From: an uncultured delta proteobacterium
Lineage (GTDB): Bacteria; Desulfobacterota; Desulfomonilia; Desulfomonilales; Desulfomonilaceae
DNA length: 64,000 bases
Assembly: GCA_963789265.1 (NCBI GenBank)
Contig: CAWBKB010000001.1
Span: forward strand, 256,001 to 320,000
Direction of reading: 5' to 3'
Shown: positions 40,229 through 51,892 of the stretch, piece after piece
How the letters are laid out: each line of letters starts with the position of its first letter
Numbering within the stretch: position 1 is the first letter of the stretch
Made by a program: the position numbers and the translations under genes
Notes under the pieces: model-generated
Database searches by the model: none
What the model saw: the letters and a program-made list of their open reading frames with translations, nothing else
Told to the model about the DNA's origin: nothing

Positions 40229-40678
40229 ATGCTTGAGTATTCGCGCATGAAGTCCGTCGGAGTTCAAGCCCAAGGCAAAGATCGCCGGATTGTGAGCGGT
40301 GTCCTGGAAGACGAACTCTATGCCATGCAATGTGAAATTGTGGTCAACTGGCCGACACTAACCATTGAACGAGTGCAAACCCGCATGAAACGTTTCACAA
40401 CTACCCGCTGCCGATTGGCTGAAAACGTGTTTCCGGCAGCCGAGGGATGGAAACTGGATTCTCAGCTCGAAGGAAAGATCAAGAAAGAGCTTGGTCGAAG
40501 AGGGTGTCGCCACATGGCAAATCTGATTTTGGATAGCTGCCGAAGCATTGCAAGAGCCGAATTTTCCCGAGAGTTGCGTGCCGCCTTGGAAGAGAATCCC
40601 AATCTGGACCGCAAGGGTTTTATGGAAGACTTCCGCTGCCGGAACTCGGAATTGACCGAGTTCATGCGCCTCCAATAG
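40229..40678 (+). CDS. DUF2889-like protein
   Basis: YSRMKSV, LED..Y, C, GRRGCRHM..L. Confidence 0.6.
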   Translation: MLEYSRMKSVGVQAQGKDRRIVSGVLEDELYAMQCEIVVNWPTLTIERVQTRMKRFTTTRCRLAENVFPAAEGWKLDSQLEGKIKKELGRRGCRHMANLILDSCRSIARAEFSRELRAALEENPNLDRKGFMEDFRCRNSELTEFMRLQ

Positions 40679-40697
40679 CCTGTGGAGCATTTAGACA

Positions 40698-41324
40698 ATG
40701 AAGCTCGATCTGCATATCCACACCAGCGTCTATTCGGCGTGTAGTAACATGACGCCTGACGAGATGGTCGCTTCGGCCAAAAAGGTAGGTTTGGACGGCA
40801 TCTGCATCACGGAGCATAACAGGATCTGGGGCCGGCAACAGGCGAGTTCTCTCAGTGAGAAATACGGTCTGCCGATCTTTAGGGGTATGGAAGTAACTAC
40901 CACGGGCGGAGACATTCTCGTTTTCGGTCTTGAGGAAGAGCCCGCAGACATGTGGACCCCGGCCATCTTGAAGACAAAAGTCGACGCGGCAGGAGGGGTG
41001 GCCATTGCCGCTCACCCTTTTCGCGGATTCTTGCTTTTCGGCTTCGGCGCGCTTGACATGAAATTGGATGACGCCATGAGCAACCCAACCTTCTCGCAGG
41101 TGCACGGGCTGGAGGTCTGTAACAGTATGGCCACCGACGAAGAGAACGATTTTGCACGCAGGGTAGCCGAGGCGATGCACCTCCTGCGTCTGGGAGGCAG
41201 CGACGCGCATAGGCCGGAAGCCGTGGGGACCTGTGTCACAAGTTTTGAGGATTGGTTCGACGACGAAAAGGGACTGGTAGCGGCCATTATGAGCAGCCGC
41301 TTTACCGTGGAGAGGATGAAATAA
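40698..41324 (+). CDS. PHP domain protein
   Basis: DLHIHT, ITEHN, AHPFR, GGSDAH. Confidence 0.9.
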   Translation: MKLDLHIHTSVYSACSNMTPDEMVASAKKVGLDGICITEHNRIWGRQQASSLSEKYGLPIFRGMEVTTTGGDILVFGLEEEPADMWTPAILKTKVDAAGGVAIAAHPFRGFLLFGFGALDMKLDDAMSNPTFSQVHGLEVCNSMATDEENDFARRVAEAMHLLRLGGSDAHRPEAVGTCVTSFEDWFDDEKGLVAAIMSSRFTVERMK

Positions 41325-41396
41325 GACTGATTTCAGTAGGGCGGCCCGCGGCCGCCGATTGCGTCGGGCAGGCGCAAAATTGGTCAAGGAAAGATC

Positions 41397-42191
41397 ATGA
41401 ACAACCAAGAAATGAAATGGTCGGACTGGACGCGGAGCATGGAACACTTCCTCCGCCTAAAAACCTTTCCCGTAGGTTTGAAAATGTTGGAGGATCCCGA
41501 AGAGCTTAACAAGAATCCCTGGCTTCGTAGACCTAAGGAGAAGCTCTCCCTGTGCCAATTGATAACGATTGTTCGAACTTACGATTGGACCGTAGGCGGA
41601 ACCGCTGACGATCTGGTGGCCCCCGTGTGCGCCGGTGTCCTCGGTCTGGCAGAGCTTCCCGACTTCGTCAAAGACGGTTCCATGCGGAGCGTAGTCTGGT
41701 TAGAGAAGAAACAAGACGCGGCTTTGTGCGAATCGGTCATACAGAGGATCCCTTGCGGGAGATACAAGGCATTTATCCTTGCGCCGACCGCCTACGATCC
41801 TTTTGTCCCCGACATAATCCTGGTGTACGCAAATCCGGCCCAGATGTCGCTTATGGTCAATGCCATACAGTACGACAAGTTCGAACGACAGGTCTTTTAT
41901 TCTGTCGGTGAAGGTTCCTGTTCGGATGTGATCGGCCGATGCTTTGTCGATCGAGTGCCCGCGCTCTCCATACCCTGCTATGGCGAACGTCGCTTCGGCC
42001 ACGCGGCCGACGACGAGTTGGCTATAGGCCTTCCCGCAGAAGATTGCCCCAGAATCCTTGGCAACCTGGAGAAATTGTACAAGAAAGGGATCCGTTACCC
42101 CATCTCTCACTACGGGGCTCAAGTCAGCCCGTACCAGGCATTGGCGGCCGTGTACGGCTTTCCACAATTGGAAAAGAACGACCGGCGCTGA
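41397..42191 (+). CDS. DUF169 domain protein
   Basis: LRLKTFPVG, LCQ, PDI..VY.NP.Q, CSD, PCYGER. Confidence 0.85.
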   Translation: MNNQEMKWSDWTRSMEHFLRLKTFPVGLKMLEDPEELNKNPWLRRPKEKLSLCQLITIVRTYDWTVGGTADDLVAPVCAGVLGLAELPDFVKDGSMRSVVWLEKKQDAALCESVIQRIPCGRYKAFILAPTAYDPFVPDIILVYANPAQMSLMVNAIQYDKFERQVFYSVGEGSCSDVIGRCFVDRVPALSIPCYGERRFGHAADDELAIGLPAEDCPRILGNLEKLYKKGIRYPISHYGAQVSPYQALAAVYGFPQLEKNDRR

Positions 42192-42995
42192 AGGACCTTT
42201 ATACCGACTCCCATAGCTAGAGAGCTGCAACGAAACATGAAAACGCTAGTAGGACCGTCCCGCGCGGAACGCGGGATTGCCGGTCGATGACAGCGCGTTT
42301 TCATGGTGGTTCGCTCTCAAATAAGTGAGAGCCGGCAAATAGCAAACAGCACTGAACTGGCAGCATGACGGTGCCTAAGTCAGTGGCACCCAACGTGCAT
42401 TCATGAGGCATTGGGGCATCCCACGTTCCGCGAGAGGCTTTGTCAGATCCGTGTTGTATTTATGAGCAGTTCTCGAAAGTTTTCACGGATTCCCGCTTCC
42501 GCAATGCCGTGAGATAGGGATCTGCATTTCGTTAGTGGGACAGGCTTCCAGCCTGTCGCTGACAGACGGGCATCCTGCCCGTCGCCCCTAGATCTTTGCT
42601 TTTCCCGTGATTACTTTGCACAATCCGAACATCATTTGATGGCAGCGGACTGGTACTGGCGACTCTTATTCGATTGCAACTCATTTTTGCCGGCCTTCGA
42701 GGTACCACGGATGCCGATCCAGGTACCCGCTTCCACAAGAATCACTGCAAAGGTACCCTCACGGTAAACCTTCCGAATATTCTGCATCCGACGGCTAAAT
42801 CGGACCTCACCCAATCCATTGCTTAATAAACTACTTTAAGAAAATAACATAACATTCCGATTGACAAGATGATTTTATGATGGTATGCCCCCAGTCAGTC
42901 GTCGGGAAGGAGGGAACATGACACCCACCCGTCACAATCCGAAAGACCAAAAACTCTCCTCCAAAGGGGAACAGTTGTCGAAAGGAGATGCTGTT

Positions 42996-43955
42996 ATGGC
43001 AAGAATATTCTTAACTTCCGCGGCCATAGTTGTGTTGACGGCGTCGTGGGTATGCGCCGGCAACTTCGAGGCTCTGGCCAACGCGGGAATAGGCAGGCCA
43101 CCCACGCCGCTTCATATAGGGTTCGGAAAGGTGGTCAAGACGGAATTCAAGGCAGATCTCAACAAGAACTCGGGGATGCAGTTGGAATCCGACGCTCTCT
43201 TCCCCGAGCAGGCTCCGGCAAGACAGGGCTCGCGGTTAAAACTACAGCCGGCCGTGGCATTCAGGCACAGGCACAGTCGTGGCATGGCCCCTGCCTCGAA
43301 ACTGAGGTCCAAATCAGACCGACTGGCCGCCAGGGCCGGGACCAAAGATGAGAATACCGACATGGACTCCGACCTGGAAAAGGATCTCGTTATTTCTCCC
43401 CCTCCGCCCAAGACGGATGAAACACCAGGAGCGCAAGAAAAGCCGACGGTTGAAAAGAAGGCAGGAGCGGAAAAGAAGGCCGTGTCCGCAAAGAAGGCTG
43501 GAAAGAAGAGAGTCAGGCCCACAGTGAAAAGGATGGCTCCACCGCGATATGGAAATTACGCTGCCTCAATGAAGCGCATCCAGAAGGTCCATCCTACTGT
43601 TTCGCAGAATCCGTGGTCCTTCCCGGCGGGTGCGTATGAAAACCGACCTTACCGGGGCCCGCAGTATGCGACCTCAGAACCCCGGAACGCATTTAACGGC
43701 AGTAGGCCCCCGTACGGATACCCTCAAGAGGGACCACGCTACAACAATGTGGATCCTCGTAGGGCGGCGATGCAGCCCGGCACCGATGGGCGGTACGTGC
43801 GGGACGGCGTGACGATCAAATTAGCTCACGCTCCGGCCCCCGCACCCCCGCAGTTTTATCCTCCGGCGGAAGATGAATCTTCCGAGTCCGATCTTCTGTC
43901 CTCGGTAACGGAAATAGTCGGCCTCCCGTTCGCGTTCATCAGTTCCTTTTTCTAG
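42996..43955 (+). CDS. Exported low-complexity (Lys/Pro-rich) hypothetical protein
   Basis: AGGAG RBS, signal-peptide-like start, hydrophobic C-terminal tail. Confidence 0.6.
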   Translation: MARIFLTSAAIVVLTASWVCAGNFEALANAGIGRPPTPLHIGFGKVVKTEFKADLNKNSGMQLESDALFPEQAPARQGSRLKLQPAVAFRHRHSRGMAPASKLRSKSDRLAARAGTKDENTDMDSDLEKDLVISPPPPKTDETPGAQEKPTVEKKAGAEKKAVSAKKAGKKRVRPTVKRMAPPRYGNYAASMKRIQKVHPTVSQNPWSFPAGAYENRPYRGPQYATSEPRNAFNGSRPPYGYPQEGPRYNNVDPRRAAMQPGTDGRYVRDGVTIKLAHAPAPAPPQFYPPAEDESSESDLLSSVTEIVGLPFAFISSFF

Positions 43956-44157
43956 TACGCAAGTAGGTCGTAAGCTTATGGCCAGAGCGCGCCCCTCCGA
44001 AAGGATGTGCGCGCTTTGTTTGTGCGGCTTGCATGACAGTAGGGCGGGCATACTGCCCGTCGTTTCAGCATTGTATGGGCATCTTGCTCGTCGACAGGCT
44101 GGACCTGTAGTCTCTTGCCCACCCAATATTAGATGGCGGGCGATCCCGCACTTCGCG

Positions 44158-44346
44158 CATAGGCGTTAACTTAACCCCGCGAAACGCAGGGTTCCCCCCC
44201 TTTCGTAAAGGGGGGCAAGGGGGGATTTTGGGATAACTGCCTGAAAATCCCCCTAAATCCCCCTTTAGAAAAGGGGGACTTTGATCGGCCTCGGCCTGCA
44301 TGGACCTCCTGAAAAGGAACGAAATTGCCTTAAGTTAACGCCTATG
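44158..44346. mobile_element. Second, inverted copy of the 188-bp MITE
   Basis: Same 17-bp TIRs; interior is the reverse complement of 18420-18607 with few differences. Confidence 0.88.
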
Positions 44347-44691
44347 CGCGGCACGCGGGATTCGTGGTTTCTTCTCGATTGATGCGGTTCCCCCGCGCAG
44401 AACGCGGGCTCACCAGCATCCTACGCCGATATCGACTCCTGTCCTTTGGCGGCAGCGACCGCCGGATTCATCCGGTGGGCCGAAAATGCCGCCGAAGCCA
44501 TCGCCGTCAGGCGGTGGAGCCTTCACTTGTGCGGCTTGCATGACAGTGGGGCGGGCATCTTGCCCGTCGTTTTACCATTGGGCGGGCAAGATGCGAGCCT
44601 GAAAACGGCGGGCAAGATGCCCACCCTACTGACGTTGGATGCCGATGGGTTCAGTACGGTAGTCTGCAATGAATTTTGAGACCCGCTCCTG

Positions 44692-45630
44692 TCAAACAGG
44701 TTCCACCACCCGACGGTCCGCGGAGGCTTCCAGTGCTTTGATGAGCTGGGCCAATGTGCGGTTAATCGGAGCCGCAAGTCCCATGCGTTCCGCTTCCCCG
44801 GCGAGTGCAGCGTTTATGAAGTCTATCTCGGTGCGGCGTGCGGCAAGAATGTCCTGAAACATCGAGTTTAAGTTGCCCGCTGTGCCCTCGCATACAGCAA
44901 TCACCCGCGCCTCTGCATTGTCGAAAATGAGATGGATCCCTTTTGCCCGTACGATGGTCAAGCACTCTTCGACTATGTCGTGAATCAGTTCTTTTCCCGC
45001 GGCACTGGCGGGCAGGTCGCCGTTACGGAGCCTCAAAAGGGTGGCCGGAGCATTAATGGCCGCGTTAATGATCAGTTTAGACCATACACAGCCGACCGCG
45101 TTGTCAACCGCGTGAATCGGCCCTGCATTCATCTTCTCCAGGACTGTTGCAACTGCTCGCGTGCGGTCCCGAACGATCCCATCCGGTTCCCCAAGGTGGG
45201 TGGCGCCGAAACCGGTGTGCCGGAATCCAGCCCCCCCCAATGCCATCGCACCGACGGTGGTGGTCCCCAAAAGCACACACCCGGGAAAAGCAGCCTCCAG
45301 AATCTCGTAGTTTCCAATGCCGTTCTGAAGCGTGAGAACTAGGCTTTTGTCCGAAAGAACTCGTTCTATCGTGGGAATAGTGCCGGTAGTGTCGTACGCC
45401 TTTACCAGCACGAGCACTAGATCCACTTTGCCCGCTTCTGCCGGGTCCCAAACGATCCGAGGAGTTATGACGCGATTCCCGGAGACCCCTTCGAGCCGGA
45501 GCCCTTCTTCTCTGACCACGCGTACTTGCTCTTTGTCACGCTCCAGAAGAACGGTATCCACTCCGCCTTCCGAGAGCAATCCGCCGAGTACCGACCCCAG
45601 CGCGCCAGCTCCTATTATTCCGACCCGCAT
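44692..45630 (-). CDS. panE: Ketopantoate reductase
   Basis: GAGALG, VKAY, LQNG, WSKL..N..IN, SM.QD...R.TEID.IN; next to panB. Confidence 0.9.
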   Translation of the reverse strand: MRVGIIGAGALGSVLGGLLSEGGVDTVLLERDKEQVRVVREEGLRLEGVSGNRVITPRIVWDPAEAGKVDLVLVLVKAYDTTGTIPTIERVLSDKSLVLTLQNGIGNYEILEAAFPGCVLLGTTTVGAMALGGAGFRHTGFGATHLGEPDGIVRDRTRAVATVLEKMNAGPIHAVDNAVGCVWSKLIINAAINAPATLLRLRNGDLPASAAGKELIHDIVEECLTIVRAKGIHLIFDNAEARVIAVCEGTAGNLNSMFQDILAARRTEIDFINAALAGEAERMGLAAPINRTLAQLIKALEASADRRVVEPV

Positions 45631-45650
45631 TTGTGCGCCTTCCGATGCTT

Positions 45651-46502
45651 TCAATTCTGTTCCGGATAAAGTTTTGCCAATTCTTCTGCCACATCTTCCG
45701 GCATAGGATAACAGTGCTCCACGGCAGGAAAAGTTCCCGCAGCAACGTCCTTCTTGAATTCGGCGAGACCTTCCACTATTTGCGCGCCGACCTCTTTGTA
45801 CTTCTTTACAAACTTGGGAGGCTTGCGGTCAAACATGCCGATCATGTCGTGAATGACGAGCACTTGTCCATCGCAATGGGGCCCGGCGCCGATACCGAAC
45901 ACCGGTACCGATGCCCTGCGGGTAATTATGCGGGCCACCTCCGCGGGAACCGCTTCGAGCAATAGTGTGGATACTCCGGCTTCCTGGAGGATGTCCGCGT
46001 CTTCGATCAATTTCTTTGCGGTAGCTATGTCCTTGCCCTGAACTCTGTACCCTCCCAATTGCGCCACTGCTTGCGGAGTCAATCCCATGTGCCCCATCAC
46101 CGGGATGCTTGCATTCACCATAGCTCGGATGGTTTCGGCCATCTCGCGGCCCCCCTCGAGCTTCACCGCGTCGCATGCCCCTTCCGCCATGAACCTTCCG
46201 CCATTTCGAATGGCCTCCGACTTGGACACCTGGTAGCTCATGTAGGGCATGTCTCCCACCAGATAAACATCCGGTGCGCCAAGGCGAACGGCCTTCACGT
46301 GGGGCAACATGAGGTCCATTGTCACAGGCAGGGTTGAGTCGTACCCGTATATCACCATGCCTATAGAATCACCGATCAGGATCACGTCGATTCCGGCCTT
46401 TTGTTCCAGCACGGCAAATGGATAGTCATAAGCCGTCAGGAAGGTCATCCGCTCCTTCCTGGCCTTCTTTTCCCTAAGCGTATGAATTGTAACTTTCGGC
46501 AT
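45651..46502 (-). CDS. panB: 3-methyl-2-oxobutanoate hydroxymethyltransferase
   Basis: LTAYD, GDS, DMP, VKLEGG, GH.GLTPQ, GIGAG..CDGQVLV.HD. Confidence 0.95.
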   Translation of the reverse strand: MPKVTIHTLREKKARKERMTFLTAYDYPFAVLEQKAGIDVILIGDSIGMVIYGYDSTLPVTMDLMLPHVKAVRLGAPDVYLVGDMPYMSYQVSKSEAIRNGGRFMAEGACDAVKLEGGREMAETIRAMVNASIPVMGHMGLTPQAVAQLGGYRVQGKDIATAKKLIEDADILQEAGVSTLLLEAVPAEVARIITRRASVPVFGIGAGPHCDGQVLVIHDMIGMFDRKPPKFVKKYKEVGAQIVEGLAEFKKDVAAGTFPAVEHCYPMPEDVAEELAKLYPEQN

Positions 46503-47082
46503 GGCAACCTCTTCAAGTGTGGTCTTCAGCGCTCACCAAGAATGAATAGGCGAGCGTTTCGGATTCAGAAAAAACAAAAGAAATTAAGCGACTGCCCAGC
46601 GGGCAATCGGTCCTTCGGTTCACGGGAGATCACCTCAGAGTGCACAGAGAGAAAGGATCGGTTGTTCAACCCCACGTATTTAACGGCCGCGTGCAGCCGA
46701 ACCGGCATTACCCTTCCCGCGTCTCGCGGGATCACAGACAGGAATTCGCACCTCCATAGCATAGTCTTGCCGAGAAAACAGAATTGTCTGCGATCTCCGC
46801 GGTGAACTATGACAAAATCGGAAAAGGAGTGCCTTTCGTATTCAAGAGCATACATGAATCGGAAAGGGAATCGCAACAACTCCCATGTCTAACTGAAGGG
46901 TTATCTTTAGACCTGCCCAGCCGTTGAATTCCCAGCGGAAATCCTATAAAGTTTGAGATTGCGCTGCATGCTTGGGCCTTGCTTCCGCACGGCGGCATCG
47001 CCGTGATGAGGCGGGCACTAGCGTGCTATACAGCATCGAGTATCGGGCCTCCGGATTTCGGCGGCTTCGGAGAAAATAATCA

Positions 47083-48436
47083 ATGGCAGGCTCCACAACC
47101 GGGGGATCCGATTCCTCCCAGCAGGATACGATCTTTTCTGAGATCCAGTCGTTTTTCACTTCAGTAAAAACCACAATCGGGTTGTTGGTTCTTCTCGCCG
47201 CGGGCTCCATCGTCGGCACGGTGGTCCCGCAAGGTTTTCCTGCACAGTTCGTAGCCTTGGAGTCACCTTTTTACTACCGGCTCACGGCGATTTTGGACCT
47301 CCACGGCGTCTACAGGAGCTGGTGGTTCATTCTCCTCTTACTTCTTCTATCGCTGAATCTCCTTGGATGCCTGCTGAAAAGATTATTCGCGATTCCGGCC
47401 GAATGGAAAGGAACTTCCCGGAAAACCTCCTTCAGTTTCACCCTGTCGGACCTCAGACAGCCTGAAGAGCTTAAAGGCGTTGTCACCTCCGCGCTCAAAG
47501 GGTTTATCGGCTCCCCGAGCACAGAAGTCGATGAGGCAGTGTCGCTCCGTCTCACGTGGCTCAAACATCGAATTTACTTGCTGGGCTTCCCTTTCATTCA
47601 CCTTGCCATCATTGTGATACTTCTCGGCGGGTTAATTGGCGTCTTCTATGGCTGGAAAGGCCATATACTCATCAAGGAAGGAGATGTAGGGAAGGAATTC
47701 AACACGTTCCCGGACGATTCCATTGGTTCTCTTCCGTTTCAGGTAGCTGTTGACAACTTTACCTTGAAACGCTATCCGACCGGCGAACCCAAGGAATACC
47801 GAACCGATGTCAGGCTGATGGTGAATGGTCGCGTCCTGAAGAAAGGCTCAATTCGTGTTAACCATCCGTTGACCTTCGAAGGCATCTCGTTTTATCAGAG
47901 TGACTATCATGTGTTGGGCGTGAAGCAGCTCAGGCTCGCTGTGGTCGAACCCGGTGGAAAGGCTACAGAAACTTGTCGTCCGGCCGCATTCCGAAGCCCG
48001 AGTACCGGGAAGTACCTACGATGTTCGCTTGACCAGTCTTGATCCCGGCACCACCGAACGAGGAGTCGGGGCGGAAATTACCGCGGAGTCCCCGGGAACG
48101 AAACCCGAAAGCATCCAATTGTTCCGCAGTGACAAATCTCCTGTCAAACTCGGGGATGCGCAGATCCGTTTCCTTGATTATCTCCCGCTTTACGCTACAG
48201 GACTCCAGATCGGCTATGATCCGGGCAGTACAGTAGTGTGGATAGGCTGTTTTATGCTGATTGCCGGATTCTTCCTGACTCTGTTTACAAACCAGCGTCG
48301 CCTGACCATCCGAATGGCGGCCACAGGAACGGGTACCGAAATAAATATCTCTGGGAGCAGCCGCAAGCTTCGTCGTGAATTCAGGAAAACGGTCAAGAAG
48401 AAGGTTTCGGAAGGTTTAAATACCAACACCCCATAG
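47083..48436 (+). CDS. resB: Cytochrome c biogenesis protein ResB/CcsB, frameshift near 47955
   Basis: GT.VPQ, Y.SWWF, IHL, I.VNHPL, YQS, TGLQ...DPG. Confidence 0.85.
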
Positions 48437-48486
48437 TGCATCGGCCACATGGAGAGACGTATCGCCGAGGACTTTTGGAAAATCAC

Positions 48487-49305
48487 ATGATAAGCACCAA
48501 TCTCAACACTTATGTAACTTTCGGCTACCTGGCGGTAGGAGTCTGGTTCCTTGTAGTCCATATCCTGCCCTCTCCTGCGACACTGATGCGCAAAGCGGTG
48601 TTCGGTTTGTTCATCTTTGTGTTTGCTCTGCACACCGCGGGCATCGGTCTGAGGTGGATCGAGTCTTACCGGATGGGATTGGGCCATGCGCCTCTGTCCA
48701 ATCTATATGAGTCCCTGGTATTCTTCGCGTGGGCCATTGCCCTGGCACTGATCATTGCGCGGCTAAGATTTGGAACCGACCTAATCGTGCTGCTCGGAAC
48801 GCCTTTGGTGTTCCTGACCATGGCCTCCACCTTTCTGCAGGATCCCAGCATCAAGCCTTTAATTCCGGCACTTCAGTCCAACTGGCTGGTGGCTCACGTT
48901 ATTACATGTTTTCTCGGCTATGCAGGCTTTACAATATCTTTTGTGGCGGCCTTGCTGTTGCTGCTCGCAAGAGGATCTGAAGTCGCGGGCAAACGTCTTC
49001 CGCGTTCCGACTTCCTCGACGAGATCGTGTACCGCTCGGTGTTGATCGGTTTTCCCCTGCTCACGATAGGAATAATAACGGGCGCTGCGTGGGCGGATTA
49101 TGCATGGGGGAGCTACTGGTCCTGGGACCCGAAGGAAACCTGGTCATTGGTCACATGGCTTGTCTATTCCGCATTCCTCCACGCCAGACTCGCCCGGGGA
49201 TGGTCCGGGCGCCGGACTGCCGTATTATCCGTAGTCGGTTTTGCAGCCGTGATGTTCACATATTTTGGTGTTAACTACCTCCCCGGCCTTCACAGCTATT
49301 TTTGA
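48487..49305 (+). CDS. ccsA: Cytochrome c biogenesis protein CcsA/ResC
   Basis: PLSNLYES, PALQSNWL..HV, WA..AWGSYWSWDPKETW, GLHSY. Confidence 0.93.
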   Translation: MISTNLNTYVTFGYLAVGVWFLVVHILPSPATLMRKAVFGLFIFVFALHTAGIGLRWIESYRMGLGHAPLSNLYESLVFFAWAIALALIIARLRFGTDLIVLLGTPLVFLTMASTFLQDPSIKPLIPALQSNWLVAHVITCFLGYAGFTISFVAALLLLLARGSEVAGKRLPRSDFLDEIVYRSVLIGFPLLTIGIITGAAWADYAWGSYWSWDPKETWSLVTWLVYSAFLHARLARGWSGRRTAVLSVVGFAAVMFTYFGVNYLPGLHSYF

Positions 49306-49376
49306 GGAGGCCGGGAGGATAGACGTTTCAGACCCTTCTTTTGGCTATAACGCATGCCACGTTGCGCAGGATAATC

Positions 49377-50439
49377 ATGGACGCCCGGAAAATCGGCAAT
49401 CTCTTTGTCATTGGTTTCAACGGAACAGAGTTCACGTCCGACGTCCGTGACCTTATAGACGAGTTACACCCATCAGGCGTGATCCTTTTCTCCAGAAATA
49501 TTGTAGATCCGATCCAGACAGCCGAACTTAATCATGACCTCCAGAGTCACGCACTAAGCCGATGGGGACACGGGATCTTCATAGGCGTGGATCAGGAAGG
49601 CGGACGGGTTCGCCGACTTCGAGAGCCATTCCACGCGTTCTCACCTGCACTGAAGCTTGCTTCTTCTCAGGAGCCCGAAGAAGCTGTGCGAGAATTCGCA
49701 CGTGTGACTGCCCGGGAGGCAAGACTGGTCGGGTTCAATCTGGACTTCGTGCCGGTACTTGACGTGCTGAAAAGCGAGGAGATTGAGATGTCCTCAGTGA
49801 TCGGCGACAGGTCCTACGGACAAGACCCTAGCACGGTCTGGCTCCTGGGCAAGTTGGTAATAGAAGGCATGAGGGCCGGAGGCATTATTCCCTGCGCAAA
49901 GCATTTTCCCGGTCATGGGGGGACATGCGTGGATTCGCATAAGGATCTTCCCGTCGATGACAGATCTCTGGAACTGATGGAAGGCCGCGATATGATCCCC
50001 TTTCGAAATGCCGCGGACTATCAAATCGAAATGATGATGACTGCTCATGTACCTTTATCCGGCTCTAGATGAGCATCTACCTGCCACACTGTCACCAAAG
50101 GTGGTAACTAATCTGCTACGAGGACAAATGTCGTACAACGGTGTGGTGATCACTGACGATCTTGACATGGGCGCGGTGGCGGGCCGTTATTCCGCGGCTG
50201 AATCTGCGTTGAGTGCTTTTTCCGCAGGAGTGGACCTGCTCCTGATTTGCAACGACCCTGAAAAGGTATTTTCAGCGAGAGAGCGATTGCTCCGCGCATT
50301 AAAAGATGAGGAGATCTCGGACAAGCGTGTGACCCAATCGCTGGGGCGCATCGAGGATCTCAGATCCAGGTATTCCGCGTCGATGAAGCCTTGTGACAAG
50401 AAGGCTGTCCGGGATTATTTCGGTCAAAGTGTCGTCTGA
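49377..50439 (+). CDS. nagZ: Beta-N-acetylhexosaminidase (GH3), frameshift near 50050
   Basis: DQEGGRV, KHFPGHG..VDSH, TDDLDM. Confidence 0.88.
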
Positions 50440-50580
50440 CATGGAATTGTTCGAGAAATCGAGCACGATCTTGTCAAAGCCTCCCGCGAGACGCGGGATG
50501 GCACCTCCGGTGCCCATGTTGATCTGATGCCGGATGCCACGGACCATCAAAGTCCGCCTTTCATAAAGGGGGATTTAGGG

Positions 50581-50770
50581 GCAGGCGCTAAAATAAGCTT
50601 CAAGTCCTCTTCGTCCCCGAGGGGCGCCCGAAGGATGCATCCTTCGGGCGCCCCTCGGGGACGAAGATTGAATCATTGCTTATCGGCCACCCGGCAATGA
50701 ATTGCCGGGCTACTATCATTGAGCCCCTCCAGGGCTCACAGAGGGCAGGCTCGTTATTTTAACGCCTATG
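50581..50770. mobile_element. Second MITE type with related TIRs, containing a 60-bp perfect palindrome
   Basis: AGGCGCTAAAATAA...TTATTTTAACGCCTATG ends; imperfect flanking duplication GGATTTAGGG/GGGTTTAGGG; perfect palindrome 50608-50667. Confidence 0.6.
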
Positions 50771-50905
50771 GGGTTTAGGGGGATTTCCAATATGTTATCG
50801 CACCCCCGTGCCCCTCTGCAAAAGGGTGCCCGCCATTCCATGCGTCAAAGTTAGCGACCTGTGGTGGCCAACCGGCATAAGGACCCAAAGAGCGGTACGG
50901 CTATC

Positions 50906-51683
50906 ATGACTGATCAAAGTGTTCCCTCACGGTTCTCCCAGAGATTTGCAGGGAAGGTGGCTCTCGTAACAGGAGCCGGCCAAGGAATCGGCCGGGCCAC
51001 AGCCCTTCGCCTGGCGCAGGAGAGCGCGGTTGTTGGGGTCCTGGACCGAAACCCGACAACTGCCAGCGGAAACGATTAATATGGTCAGAGACATGGGGGG
51101 CCGCGGCCTTGATCTTGTGGCCGATGTTTCAGACGCTCAAGCAGTCACCGAGCAAGTACGAACCCTGCTGGAAGACTCCGGGCGCATAGACGTGCTAATC
51201 AATAACGCAGGTTTCGATCGCCCTGGAGGGTTCCTGAAAATCGGTCTCGACGATTTCAGGGCGGTCTGGGAGGTCCATTTGCTGGGGGCCATAAATTGCT
51301 GCCGTGCCTGCGGGCCGCTCATGATCGAACGAGGCGACGGAAGGATCGTAAATGTGTCATCCATTTACGGAAAAGTTGGATCAAAGGGAGAATCCGCTTA
51401 CTCTTCAGCCAAGGCGGGCTTGATAGGTCTGACCAAGTCGCTGGCCCGCGAGTGGGGAGCCAAAGGGGTTCGAGTTAACGCTGTCCTGCCGGGCTTGACC
51501 AATACCCCGGCTATAAGAAATTTAATGAATCTTAAGATCAAAGAAACCATAGTTGCGGAAACGCCGCTGGGAAGGGCGGCAGATCCATCTGAGATCGCGG
51601 CGGCAATTGCTTTTCTGGCTTCCGACGACGCGAGCTTCGTCACAGGCGCTACGCTGGAGGTAACAGGCGGCTGGAATTTGTGA
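50906..51683 (+). CDS. SDR-family oxidoreductase (FabG-like), frameshift near 51068
   Basis: [21 protein letters not shown]. Confidence 0.88.
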
Positions 51684-51892
51684 GAAAACCAGCGGGGCCT
51701 TGCAGTTTGCGGCTTTCGTGTACTACATGTTTTTTATTGCAAACGTTGTCCCGATGGCAGTAAAGTTATTGGTCTTGCTCTGCGGTACTGAATTTTGTTC
51801 GTCCTCATGTCTGGCGTGCAAGGGCCGCGATGATATTGGTTCAGGGCATGAGGGGCAATCTGCCGGCGAAAATTATTGGAGGCGCGTGGTTT

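Noticed and set aside
46503..46810. pan RNA motif or riboswitch upstream of panB
   Set aside because: Hairpins are present but I cannot match a consensus by eye, and part of the region is dispersed repeat; needs an Infernal/Rfam scan.
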